A DNA stretch of 64,000 nt from Acidimicrobiia bacterium. GTDB taxonomy: Bacteria > Actinomycetota > Acidimicrobiia > Spongiisociales > ZC4RG35. The DNA is taken from the NCBI GenBank assembly GCA_965215185.1, contig OZ244034.1, forward strand, positions 608,001-672,000, in the 5' to 3' direction. Both the position numbers and the translations under genes were made by a program. Positions within the stretch are counted from its first letter, which is position 1; each line of letters starts with the position of its first letter. The notes under the pieces are model-generated. The model was not told where the DNA came from and made no database searches. It saw only the letters and a list, made by a program, of their open reading frames with translations. Shown piece after piece: positions 48,997 to 58,700 of this stretch.

Positions 48997-51701
48997 AATT
49001 CGAGACGCCGTGGTTTCTGGGCGTGGCTGTGTTGGGTGTGGCGGCGGTCTGGTACCTGGCTCGGCGGGGGAGATGGGCGCTGGGGAAGCGGCGTCGGCGG
49101 TGGGTGGCGGCGCTGCGCATTCTGGGAGTGGCCCTGGCACTGTTGGCCGCGGCGCAGCCCTTGGTGACCTTCCCTCAACAGCAAAAAGCGGTGCTGTTCG
49201 TCCTGGACCGGTCCCTTTCGGTGGGGCCCGAAGCGCGCGCCGAACAGGAACGGCTGGTAGCGGAGGCGTTGGAATCTGCTGGGGAGGGTGATTTGGCTGG
49301 GTTGATGGTATTCGGGGCAGAGGCGAGAATGGACACGTCGTTGACCACTGATCGAGATCTGCTGCCGGTTCGGTCGGTGGTCGACTCGTCTGCCACCGGG
49401 TTGGGAAGAGCTCTGCGCGGGGCCGCGGCGCTGCTCCCGACCGCCGGGTCCCGTCGGGTGGTGGTGCTGAGCGACATGGCCGACACCGCAGGAGAAGTCA
49501 GGGAAGCGGCCGCGGCACTCGCTGAGGCTGGAGTGGCGGTGGATGTGGTTGTGTTGGAAAGCGCATTGGGCGCCGATGTTCTGGTTGACGCGGTGCAGGT
49601 GCCCGGCCTGGTGAGGGAAGGAGAGATACTTTCTGCCACTGTGAGAATCCGCTCCGACCGTCCCGGCCCGGCACGCCTGCGGATCATCGCCGGGGACCAT
49701 GTCGAACAACGGGACATCCAGCTGCTGGCGGGCGCCAACCAGGTCGAGATCCGGATACCAATCGATCGCACTGCCGTGGAGCAGGGGGGCCCATTGGCGG
49801 TGGAGGTTCAGCTCTTTGCGGCTTGGGACGAGCATTCACAAAACAACCGGGCGGTGGGGATAACCCGAGTGGAAGGCGCCGCTCGGATAGTAGTCGTGGA
49901 GGATCCTGCCCGTCGGGGTGAGGGCGCCTTTTTGCAGGCCGCCCTGGAGGCCTCCTCGATGACCGTCGAGCGGGCGGTGGGCATCCCATCGGGGGAGACT
50001 TTGGCGGAATACGATGGGGTGGTGCTGGTTAACGTGGGGCTGCGGGAATCCGAGGGGGTGGAGAATCTGGTTTCCTATGTGGAGGACTTCGGTCGGGGTC
50101 TGGTGGTGGTGGGAGGGGATAGAAGCTTCGGGATGGGTGATTATCACCGTACGCCTCTGGAATCGGTTCTGCCGGTCTCCTCGGATCCCGATGACCTGCT
50201 ACGTCGCCAGCCGGTGGCCGAGGTGCTGGCGCTCGACACTTCCGGTTCGATGGGATCTTGCCACTGCGGAGGCAACGCGGTGCGTATCGAGGGGGGGACC
50301 CCCAAGACCGCCATCGCCCAGGCGGGCGCTGCCCAGGCGATCGCAGCTTTGACCAGTTCCGACCAGGTGGGGGTCTTGGCCTTTTCCTCGGGTTTTGACT
50401 GGACCATTCCCTTCGGTTCCCGGCCCGACCCCGAACACGCCACCGCCGCTCTGGCTTCTCTCACCCCCGATGGGGACACCGAGATACGCCCTGCCTTGGC
50501 CGAGGCGCTCCGGGTCTTGGAGGGTGTGGAGGGCTCTTTGCGTCATATCGTGCTGTTCACCGACGGGTGGGATCCCAACGAGGCGGGGCTGTTGCCGATG
50601 GCTCGCCGGATCGCTGATCAGGGAGTGACTCTCTCGGTGTTGGGGACCGGGGAAGGACCCGGTCCCACCCTGCAGCGCATGGCGGAGTTGGGTGGTGGGC
50701 GATACTATCCCGGGGTTGATCTTGATCGGGTGCCGGAGATTTTCGTGGAGGAGACCTTGCTGGTGGCCGAAAACCTGGTGCGTGAAGGGGTTTTCCACCC
50801 TGTGCGGGGATTGCCCACTCCGGTCATCGAGGGATTGGTGGAGTCTCCGCCGCTGCTGGGTTATGTGGCCACCAAAGCCAAGGGAACCGCCACGGTCTCT
50901 TTGGAGGTGGGCGCGGAGCATCCCCTCCTGGCCTCCTGGCAGCGGGGACTGGGACGGGTGGCTGTCTGGACCTCGGACGCCACCTCCCGGTGGAGTTCGG
51001 AGTGGGTGGACTGGTCAGGGTTCGCTCCGTTCTGGGGGAAAGTGGTGCGAGATACCCTTTCCCCGCAGAGCGATTCGGAACTCGCAGTGACAGTGGAGGG
51101 GGGAGAACTTGCCATTACGGTAGAACAACCGGGCCTGCCCGAGGGAGCGTCGAGCATTGCCAGAGTGCGGGCTCCCGACGGCGAGGTCTCAGTGGTCTCA
51201 CTTCGAAGGGTCGCCTCCCAGACATTCGAGGGCAGGGCGCCGGCATCCGCGGCCGGGGCCTATTGGGTCACAGCGGTGATCACCACTGCGGAGGGCGCGA
51301 TGACCACCCAGAGCGCGGGCGCGGTCTCCACCTATCGAGAGGAGTATTCGTTCTTGCCCCCCGATCCGACTTTGGCTTTGGAGGTGGCGGAAGCCACCGG
51401 CGGAAGGGTCAATCCGTCCCCCAGCGAGCTGTTTGACGCGGCACCCACGCGAGGGGTCACCGAGTTGGCGATCTGGCCGTGGCTGGCCGGGGTGGCTCTG
51501 GCGCTGTTTTTGATCGATGCCGCGGCGCGGCGTCTGCGTTTCTCGGTGGGAAGGGCCACCTCGGTCCAGACGGTTGGAAAGCGGATCGAGGGCGAAACGG
51601 CGGTTGTGGAAGAACCCCCAGCGGTCTCACCGGCTTCCGACCGTCCGGCGCCAGAGCGTTCCGAAACCCTGGAGCGGCTGATGCGCCGCGCCGGCCGATG
51701 A
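48993..51701 (+). CDS. Double-vWA plus class-I glutamine-amidotransferase-like membrane protein
   Basis: N-terminal TM pair, MIDAS DRSLS and DTSGSM, GRGLVVVGGDRSFGMGDY..TPLE..LPV, PLLASWQRGLGR...WTSD, C-terminal TM. Confidence 0.85.
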   Translation: MKFETPWFLGVAVLGVAAVWYLARRGRWALGKRRRRWVAALRILGVALALLAAAQPLVTFPQQQKAVLFVLDRSLSVGPEARAEQERLVAEALESAGEGDLAGLMVFGAEARMDTSLTTDRDLLPVRSVVDSSATGLGRALRGAAALLPTAGSRRVVVLSDMADTAGEVREAAAALAEAGVAVDVVVLESALGADVLVDAVQVPGLVREGEILSATVRIRSDRPGPARLRIIAGDHVEQRDIQLLAGANQVEIRIPIDRTAVEQGGPLAVEVQLFAAWDEHSQNNRAVGITRVEGAARIVVVEDPARRGEGAFLQAALEASSMTVERAVGIPSGETLAEYDGVVLVNVGLRESEGVENLVSYVEDFGRGLVVVGGDRSFGMGDYHRTPLESVLPVSSDPDDLLRRQPVAEVLALDTSGSMGSCHCGGNAVRIEGGTPKTAIAQAGAAQAIAALTSSDQVGVLAFSSGFDWTIPFGSRPDPEHATAALASLTPDGDTEIRPALAEALRVLEGVEGSLRHIVLFTDGWDPNEAGLLPMARRIADQGVTLSVLGTGEGPGPTLQRMAELGGGRYYPGVDLDRVPEIFVEETLLVAENLVREGVFHPVRGLPTPVIEGLVESPPLLGYVATKAKGTATVSLEVGAEHPLLASWQRGLGRVAVWTSDATSRWSSEWVDWSGFAPFWGKVVRDTLSPQSDSELAVTVEGGELAITVEQPGLPEGASSIARVRAPDGEVSVVSLRRVASQTFEGRAPASAAGAYWVTAVITTAEGAMTTQSAGAVSTYREEYSFLPPDPTLALEVAEATGGRVNPSPSELFDAAPTRGVTELAIWPWLAGVALALFLIDAAARRLRFSVGRATSVQTVGKRIEGETAVVEEPPAVSPASDRPAPERSETLERLMRRAGR

Positions 51702-52291
51702 GCGCCGCCCCGCCCAGAAGGACGTTTAGCCGCCCCGAATTGGAAAGCTTCCGGAACAAGACCGTCCCGGATCTGGTTGGTCCGGGGCTTCGACTCTTGT
51801 TTGTGGGGATCAACCCCGGCCTGTGGACCGCCGCCACCCAGACTCATTTCGCCCACCCCACCAACCGTTTCTACCCGGCTCTCTATCGGGCGGGGGTGAC
51901 GAGTTATGAGATCTCCCGAGAGCGTGGCTTCACCTGCGAGGATCGCCGTTATTTGGTGGAACGGGGAGTGGGGATCACCAACCTGGCGGAGAGGGCTACC
52001 GCCCGCGCCTCGGAGCTTTCGGCGCAAGAACTGCGGTCGGGCGCGATCGTTCTATCGGAGAAAGTGAAGAAGTGGCGTCCCAGGGTGGTGGCGGTGGTGG
52101 GGATTACCGCTTATCGGACGGCTTTTCGCAGACCGCGGGCCCGATCCGGTTTGCAGCCCGACCGTCTTGAAGACACCGAACTGTGGGTGGTTCCCAATCC
52201 CAGCGGTCTCAACGCCCATGAGACAATCGCCACGCTGACCGACTGGTACGGAAGGGTCGCTCAAGCGGCCAGCCTAGCGCCGACTATGTAG
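51698..52291 (+). CDS. mug: G/U mismatch-specific DNA glycosylase
   Basis: FVGINPG, HFAHPTNRFY, GITNL, VPNPSGLNAH; ATGA overlap. Confidence 0.92.
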   Translation: MSAAPPRRTFSRPELESFRNKTVPDLVGPGLRLLFVGINPGLWTAATQTHFAHPTNRFYPALYRAGVTSYEISRERGFTCEDRRYLVERGVGITNLAERATARASELSAQELRSGAIVLSEKVKKWRPRVVAVVGITAYRTAFRRPRARSGLQPDRLEDTELWVVPNPSGLNAHETIATLTDWYGRVAQAASLAPTM

Positions 52292-52361
52292 CTTATACTG
52301 CGGCGTAGTAAATGCCCGGGTGGTCTTGATCGCTCGGGGTGCAGTGACCAAAGGAGGACTT

Positions 52362-52853
52362 ATGACCGGACAGGTCACTTTGGGGAATGGAGAGGCAAGA
52401 GACCTCGCGACGCCTGGAAGGCGATTGGTGGCGAGGCTCATCGACGTCGCCATCGTGTTAATGGTGACGATCTTCCTCGCAGTGGTGGGAATCGTCAGCT
52501 TCCTGGCAACCGCCGAGTCAAGCGATGAGGCGGCGGGAGCACTGGCCCTTGTTGGTTTTGGCGGCATCGCGGTGTTCGTGGTGATTCTGCTGCTGTACGA
52601 ACCGACCATGATTGCCCTCCGGGGCCAGACTTTGGGAAAGATGGCCGCCAATATCAGGGTGGTGGGGATCGCAGACGGTGAGGTTCCCGGTTGGGGTAAA
52701 GCACTGGGTCGCTGGGTTCTTCCCAGCTTGGTGGTATTTATTCCCGTGATTGGAGGGCTGCTGTCCTTACTCGTCTACATCTCTTTGCTGTGGGACAGCC
52801 GTCGGCAGGGCTGGCACGACAAGTTGGGGACCACGGTGGTGGTCAACGTCTAA
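52362..52853 (+). CDS. RDD family membrane protein
   Basis: LATPGRRLVARLID, GQTLGK...IRVV, RQGWHDKLGTTVVV; AAGGAGG SD. Confidence 0.92.
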   Translation: MTGQVTLGNGEARDLATPGRRLVARLIDVAIVLMVTIFLAVVGIVSFLATAESSDEAAGALALVGFGGIAVFVVILLLYEPTMIALRGQTLGKMAANIRVVGIADGEVPGWGKALGRWVLPSLVVFIPVIGGLLSLLVYISLLWDSRRQGWHDKLGTTVVVNV

Positions 52854-53168
52854 AGACTCCACCACCACTATCTGGTGGTACCCCGGGGAGTGTGACCAAA
52901 AAGAGTAAACCGGGAAGGGCAACTGAGCGGGCACGTCATAACATAACCCCGCCGATCAAACGGTGCTCGTGTATGGCGATGAGGCACGGGGGTTGCTTCG
53001 GGGCTCAAAACCTCCGCAAACCGACGGTGATCGAGAGCCTTAGCCGATGGCTGGGTGGGTCCCGATAATTCCTTGTTCATCGCTGCCATTCGCTTATAAC
53101 ATCAGCAGGAATGCCTCATAGCCGACCGGACAAAACTGTCCGAAGGCGTTCCTGTCGGACTCGTTTCT

Positions 53169-53699
53169 GTGTCCGAGGTGGTGTTGGGCGCCATTGTGCT
53201 GGTTTTGGGGTTGGTGTTGACCGCCTGTGGTGGAAGCGATGATCCCGTTTCGCGTCTGGGAGAAGGAGAGACGCAACGGATCATGATGGAATTGGAAGAC
53301 CGCTCTTTTCGTCAATTCGATCCTTCCAGGGACGCAAGTCCCAGAAGAGGGGTCATTCTCGACTTCTTTGGAGGGAATCGTGTTTCTTTGTGGGCGCAGT
53401 TCGCCGCAGATGACCGGGCCATCCACGAGTGGGAGATTGTCTCCCAGGACTTTTACATAGAAGGCGATGCCGATGGTTCCCAGGTGACGATTCGATTCAA
53501 CCAAGCGACGACGGAACAGTCCTTTCCGACCCGGTGTCAAGACTGCGTGGAGACAACGGGCCTCTCGATCGGAATCAGAAATGTCTTCGATCCCGACCGT
53601 ATTTCCTTCAAATTGAACGATCCCGAGAGTGTTCTGCCTCTCCCGTTTCCCGTCTTCGAGTCTTGGACGAACTTCCGGGAAGACGAATACTTCGAATAG
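53169..53699 (+). CDS. Hypothetical lipoprotein
   Basis: Hydrophobic N-terminus with LTAC lipobox; CQDC motif; no recognised domain. Confidence 0.6.
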   Translation: MSEVVLGAIVLVLGLVLTACGGSDDPVSRLGEGETQRIMMELEDRSFRQFDPSRDASPRRGVILDFFGGNRVSLWAQFAADDRAIHEWEIVSQDFYIEGDADGSQVTIRFNQATTEQSFPTRCQDCVETTGLSIGIRNVFDPDRISFKLNDPESVLPLPFPVFESWTNFREDEYFE

Positions 53700-53819
53700 C
53701 CGAGGCTGCACTGCCGGACCATCACCGGTGGGCAGAGCTTGAAGGCGGCCCGGGTTCGATGGTGCCCTGCCGACGGGACCTCTAGGATTATTAAGCAAGT
53801 CGGTTTCTGGAGACGCAGG

Positions 53820-54359
53820 ATGGCCACCACGGTAGTTGCCCGAACGGCCGACACTTTGACGTTGGCGCGGGTCCCCTTGGCGGTGCTGCTCGCCCTTGCG
53901 ACCTCCACCGGTCGCTGGGTGCCCGCCGCCGTGATCCTGGTGTGTGGCTGGATCACCGATACCCTGGATGGCATCCTGGCCCGCCGCGTGCCGGGAACGA
54001 CCAGGCTGGGCCCGTGGGACGCCATCGTCGACGGCATATTGGGGTTGGGTCTGATCGTGGGGTTGGGGGTGGGCGGGTACGTGCCCGTCACCTGGCTGAT
54101 CCTGGCGTTGGTCCTTGGAGGGCTCCTTCTGACTGTTCGTAGCCTCGCCTCCGGGATGCTGCTGCAGGCAATGGCGTACGGGTGGTTCCTTTGGATCCTG
54201 GCCATCGAGGAGAAAGACGCCTTGGTCTTGGTCCTGGCGGCAATAGGGTTAGCGGCTGTAACCTACGGTCACCGGATTCCCCGAGTGCTACTGCCCAGGT
54301 TCTTCGCTGATGTTGCCCGGTTGAAGGGCGCGGGTCAACCACCCGACCCGGAGTCATAG
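53820..54359 (+). CDS. CDP-alcohol phosphatidyltransferase family protein
   Basis: ADTLTLAR, DTLDGILARR-x7-GPWDAIVDG, multiple TM helices. Confidence 0.82.
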   Translation: MATTVVARTADTLTLARVPLAVLLALATSTGRWVPAAVILVCGWITDTLDGILARRVPGTTRLGPWDAIVDGILGLGLIVGLGVGGYVPVTWLILALVLGGLLLTVRSLASGMLLQAMAYGWFLWILAIEEKDALVLVLAAIGLAAVTYGHRIPRVLLPRFFADVARLKGAGQPPDPES

Positions 54360-54405
54360 GTCCCGCCATAGGGAGGGGTATGGTGCCGGGGTGAACGCGG
54401 ATGGG

Positions 54406-55320
54406 TTATCCGGTTGGGCGTGACCGCAGGTGTAGACCCCGCATGGCAAGGATGTGGGGGACGGCAGCCACCAAACAGTCGTGGTATTCCAGCTTCTGTC
54501 GCCACCGGGAGGGTATGGCCTCAGCCCCATGAAGGACCCCGACCAGTCCTCCTGCTATCGCTCCCGTCGTATCGGTATCTTGGCCACGGTTGACCAAATC
54601 CACGATCACCTCTTCGAAGGTTGCATCCTGCTGGATGGCCCAGACCGCGCAACGAAGCGAATCGATCACGTAGCCGGACGTGCGCAGACGGCCCACCGGC
54701 AACCGTGGATCGATGTCCAGCGCCCCCTGGACGTTGGCGTGCAGTTTCAACCCCCGCGCTGCGGCCAAGGCATCCGGTACCTCGGCCCCTTCTAGCAATG
54801 CGTTGACAATCTCTCCGTATGCGACGCAACTGTCCGTGCACTGGACATGGGCATGGGTGATGGCGGATATCTCAGCCAGTTCCCGGCGGCGAACGGCGGC
54901 GTCGGAACGGGCCAGAGCGGTGGGGATACACCTCATCAGCGATCCGTTCCCACAGGAGGACTCTCTGGTTGCGCCGCTCGTTCGAGGATCCCGGTACCGG
55001 TCCAAGCGTCGCAGAGCCTCGGATGTCGCGCCACCGATATCGGGGGGTCCAGAGTGGGACCATTCGAGCATTTTGTCAGCAGCCTTTTCCAGCGTGTAGG
55101 GCCCATCGAGATAGGCAGCCAGCACCGCCCAGGTGAGGTCGCTGTCATCGGTCCCTTGCCCGGGCCGCCATCCGAAAGGCCCACCCCCGATTATCTCGCG
55201 GTGAACCCCGAATTCTCGTCTGATCTCGGCATGTGTCATAAATTCCAGCGTCGCCCCGAGGGCATCGCCTGCCGCGACTCCCAGCAGCCCTCCACTGATG
55301 CGATCTTGCAGGTCCGACAT
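54406..55320 (-). CDS. ADP-ribosylglycohydrolase (DraG/ARH family)
   Basis: GDALGATLEF, GQGTDDS, DIG, GNGSLMR, ITH, DTDTTGAIAG. Confidence 0.93.
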   Translation of the reverse strand: MSDLQDRISGGLLGVAAGDALGATLEFMTHAEIRREFGVHREIIGGGPFGWRPGQGTDDSDLTWAVLAAYLDGPYTLEKAADKMLEWSHSGPPDIGGATSEALRRLDRYRDPRTSGATRESSCGNGSLMRCIPTALARSDAAVRRRELAEISAITHAHVQCTDSCVAYGEIVNALLEGAEVPDALAAARGLKLHANVQGALDIDPRLPVGRLRTSGYVIDSLRCAVWAIQQDATFEEVIVDLVNRGQDTDTTGAIAGGLVGVLHGAEAIPSRWRQKLEYHDCLVAAVPHILAMRGLHLRSRPTG

Positions 55321-55528
55321 GACTGCTCCCACTGGCTCGTTTGTGCAGCCTACCGCATAGGACAGGTTCCGCACTATAAGACTACGAGTCGATGACAGGG
55401 TGGGTCATATCGGTCTTCGTGCTCGTATCCGTTTGAGGTCTTCGGCTGTGGAAGGATATCTGATGCGGGCAACGGACGTCAGCGGATCGAACGCGTTTGG
55501 CTCGGGGTAGCGTCGGCTGTCGGTGTGG

Positions 55529-56959
55529 TCAGGAGGCTTCCCACAATTCACCGGTGGCGCCGAAGAAGGCGTGCCAGGCGAACCAGAATTCGTTGCGGTG
55601 GGGAGCAAACTCCAGTTGAGTCCCGGCCAGGGGACCGTCGATGGCCTGGCCCAGCAGATTCCAAGTGCTGCCGGTCTCATTGTCGGTGAACAGATCGCCA
55701 TCGGTGCTTGCGAAAGTCAGCGGACCTTGAGAAGTAACGGCAACGAAAGCCACCCCTGTCCCGATCTGTCGGCCGTCTGGGATTACGGAGCTGTCCAAGG
55801 CGTCGGCGGTGTGAGCGGCGCCCCACATCACCACGATCGGCACCTCGTCCACCATATCGTTGATCACCCGGGCCGCCGCCAGTTCTTCGAAGGGATAGGC
55901 CTTGGCTTCGTTGTTGATCGTCACGCCCACCACCCGAGAGAGGGCGGGAAACCGGTCATCCAACTCGCCGCTGAACAAAAAAGGACGGGTCGAAGAGGAA
56001 TACCCGGAGTACGGATTGATCCCATAGGAGATACCGAACTCCTGGTCGGGCCCCAGCACGCATCCGCTTGGATAAGAAGCGGCGAACTCGGAGAAGGCCA
56101 CGATCGCCGAGGGCAGATATGCCAAGCCTGACTCGCCGGCATATGTCCCGACCAGCGGTTGTCCGGTGATCTGCTGCCAGAGGGAGGTGGTTTCCAGATC
56201 CCACATCACCAGGTCGGAGTTGCGCAAGAGCCCCGAGACGCCAAAGCGCAAATAGGTCCCGTTCACCACCGGATCGAAGGCCACCGCGGTATTGCACAGC
56301 GGACAGTAGGTGACGGTAACCGGACGGTCGCCGAAACGGTCGTTGACGATCTCATGGCGGGTCAGCACCCGCAGCGGGTAGAAGCGGGCCTGGTTTCCGA
56401 TGCGAACCAGCATCCCCGGGTCCTGGTCGGAGAGCCACTGTCCTCCCGCTGCAACATCGACAAAAACGGGCCGATCAAGGGGCGGGATCAGATCGCGTGG
56501 ATCCCGGGTGTGGATCCCCAGCCCCAGTTCGCCCAGGTCGATGGTGGTCTTTGACCAGTCGGTGGGCCACGGCTCCACGGCGTTTTGCAAATGGGAGGGA
56601 GGCGAATGGGGATTGTCGTCCACCACGGGACGAGTGATTGCTGGCGTTTCGAGGGGCGCCGGACACCCTTCGGTTACGTCCACTGTGGGTTCCGATGTGA
56701 CGACGGCGGTAATGGGCGAGGTCGGCGCCGGGGAATCCTCGGTGAAAGTCCCCGTGGTGGGAGCGGAGGTGGAACCGGTTGCGGCGGATGCCGCCCCGGT
56801 CTCCGATGTGCCATCTCCAGTTGGCGCCGGCGAAGTAGTGACCGGCGCGGCCGAGGTGGTTGAGCCGGCCGCTGGATCCCCTTCTCCACAGGCCGTGGCC
56901 ACCAAGGCGAACGCAAAGCCTATCGCTCCAGCCCTCAGCCATGAGGGACTGCTGAACAT
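55529..56959 (-). CDS. DUF3179 family lipoprotein
   Basis: VATAC lipobox, Thr/Pro linker, HEIVND, TYCPLCNTA, FGVSGLLRNSDLVMWD, SLWQQITG, FWFAW. Confidence 0.9.
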   Translation of the reverse strand: MFSSPSWLRAGAIGFAFALVATACGEGDPAAGSTTSAAPVTTSPAPTGDGTSETGAASAATGSTSAPTTGTFTEDSPAPTSPITAVVTSEPTVDVTEGCPAPLETPAITRPVVDDNPHSPPSHLQNAVEPWPTDWSKTTIDLGELGLGIHTRDPRDLIPPLDRPVFVDVAAGGQWLSDQDPGMLVRIGNQARFYPLRVLTRHEIVNDRFGDRPVTVTYCPLCNTAVAFDPVVNGTYLRFGVSGLLRNSDLVMWDLETTSLWQQITGQPLVGTYAGESGLAYLPSAIVAFSEFAASYPSGCVLGPDQEFGISYGINPYSGYSSSTRPFLFSGELDDRFPALSRVVGVTINNEAKAYPFEELAAARVINDMVDEVPIVVMWGAAHTADALDSSVIPDGRQIGTGVAFVAVTSQGPLTFASTDGDLFTDNETGSTWNLLGQAIDGPLAGTQLEFAPHRNEFWFAWHAFFGATGELWEAS

Positions 56960-56966
56960 CCTGATG

Positions 56967-56972
56967 AGTTTA
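56967..56972 (-). promoter_or_regulatory. -10 element TAAACT 7 nt before the DUF3179 ATG (probable leaderless mRNA)
   Basis: Minus strand TAAACT-catcagg-ATG(56959). Confidence 0.5.
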
Positions 56973-57046
56973 CCTATTGGGCGGTTTATGCAGATTTATA
57001 GTTATCAGTTACGGGGAAACCTAATATTCCCGCTATCAACTGCTCC

Positions 57047-58417
57047 ATGAACAGCCACTCTCTTTTGCCTTTACCCGGTGACTCCGCCGAAAAGACCGCC
57101 TACACGGTCTCGGAGCTGGCCGCCACGATCGAACAGGTATTGTCGCAGGCCTTTCCGAGCATGGTGTGGGTGGAGGGAGAAGTGGCCAACCTCCAAAGGT
57201 CCAATACGGGACATGTCTATTTGGATCTGGTGGAGCGGTTGCCCCAAGGAGAGCAGGCCCTCTTGCATTCGGTGATCTGGAATAGCCGCAAATTCGCCAT
57301 CAACCAGGCCCTTCGGAGGGCCAAGTGGGGCCAAGTGTCCGAAGGCGACGAGATACGCGCCCGGGTGGGAGTCGACTTCTACTCACGGCAGGGGAGGATC
57401 AATCTCCGCATAGAGGAAGTCGACCCCAGCTACACCCTGAGCAGGTGGAAGGCGCAGCGGGAGCGGGTGGTGGCCTTACTGCGCAAAGAGGGCGTTTTCG
57501 ATAGCAACCGGAGACTTAACATGTCCGCGGCTCCCTATCGGCTGGGGCTGATTACCAGTGCCGGGAGCAACGCCTATGCCGATTTCACCACCACCCTCGC
57601 CGAAGGCGGGTTGGGCTGGGATGTACAGTTCCACCACTCCGGAGTGCAAGGCGAGGCTGCCCGGCCTGCTCTGATCGAAGCCCTTCGGCGGTTGGCAGAG
57701 TTGAGGCCGGACGCCATCTGTTTGGTCCGAGGCGGGGGATCTACCACCGATCTGGCGGTGTTCGACCACGAAGATGTGGCGCGGGCCATCGCCCGATGTC
57801 CGGTGCCGGTGATCACCGGGATCGGACATGAATTGGACCGGACTGTCTCCGATCTGGTGGCTCATCACTCGGAAAAAACCCCCACGGCCTGCGCTTCTTG
57901 GTTTGTGGAACGCAGTACCCGCTTTGTGCGGCAGGTTCACGAGTTGGGTAGATGGGTGGCGGAGGCCGCCGGAGGGCTGGTAATGGGCCATCGACGCCGT
58001 CTGGATGGGTCCCCGGGCGAGGTACGAGGGGCGGTGGACGGCGCCTTCATCCGTCGCCGGCAGCACTTGGAAAGATCGAGTCGAATGCTGCCGGCCGTGG
58101 TTAATCCCCAATTGCGCGGCGCCGAAAAAACGATAGCCGCCCGCGCCGCCTCACTGATGCGGGAGAGCAAACAAAACCTGCAACGGGAAAAGGCCGGGTT
58201 GGATACGGCCCGCCGTGTCGCCGAGGCCTATGATCCGCAACGCAACCTGGCTCGGGGCTGGTCGATCACCCGTCACCGGGGTGGGGGAATGATCGGCTCG
58301 ATCTCCCAGATCAGAGTGGGTCAGACGGTGGAGACGTGGCTTTCCGATGGGACGGTAACCAGCAGGGTGTCGGAGGCCCGCCCCGCCCGTGAACCGGCGA
58401 TTGACAAGGAGATATGA
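57047..58417 (+). CDS. xseA: Exodeoxyribonuclease VII large subunit
   Basis: WVEGEV..GHVY, GLITS, VQG, RGGGS, TGIGHE.D, TPTA, LARGWS. Confidence 0.93.
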   Translation: MNSHSLLPLPGDSAEKTAYTVSELAATIEQVLSQAFPSMVWVEGEVANLQRSNTGHVYLDLVERLPQGEQALLHSVIWNSRKFAINQALRRAKWGQVSEGDEIRARVGVDFYSRQGRINLRIEEVDPSYTLSRWKAQRERVVALLRKEGVFDSNRRLNMSAAPYRLGLITSAGSNAYADFTTTLAEGGLGWDVQFHHSGVQGEAARPALIEALRRLAELRPDAICLVRGGGSTTDLAVFDHEDVARAIARCPVPVITGIGHELDRTVSDLVAHHSEKTPTACASWFVERSTRFVRQVHELGRWVAEAAGGLVMGHRRRLDGSPGEVRGAVDGAFIRRRQHLERSSRMLPAVVNPQLRGAEKTIAARAASLMRESKQNLQREKAGLDTARRVAEAYDPQRNLARGWSITRHRGGGMIGSISQIRVGQTVETWLSDGTVTSRVSEARPAREPAIDKEI

Positions 58418-58421
58418 CCCC

Positions 58422-58652
58422 ATGAGTGACGCCCCACCCACCGAAAATCTGCCGGAAAGCTATGCCGCGGGCCTGGCTGAACTGGAGGAGATCCTGCAAT
58501 ATCTGCGGGGAAGCGAGGTGGACTTGGAAGCCATGGCTGAAAGGGTGGAGCGCGCCGGACAGTTGATCCGGTTCTGCCGGCAGCGGCTGGACGACGTCTC
58601 GTGCAAGGTCAACGACGTCTTGGAGTCGGTGAAGGCCGCTTTGGACGAGTAG
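58422..58652 (+). CDS. xseB: Exodeoxyribonuclease VII small subunit
   Basis: SYAAGLAELEEIL...VDLE...VERAGQLIRFCRQRL; directly after xseA. Confidence 0.9.
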   Translation: MSDAPPTENLPESYAAGLAELEEILQYLRGSEVDLEAMAERVERAGQLIRFCRQRLDDVSCKVNDVLESVKAALDE

Positions 58653-58700
58653 CTGGCTTGCTTGGCGGAGCGAACCCCCCGACTCTTGAGCCGGGGCCGG

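Noticed and set aside
52854-53168. c-di-GMP, c-di-AMP or cobalamin riboswitch
   Set aside because: Conserved core motifs of these families were not found; kept only as an unassigned hairpin
55529-56959. Selenoprotein form of DUF3179
   Set aside because: No in-frame TGA; the motif is ordinary CPLC
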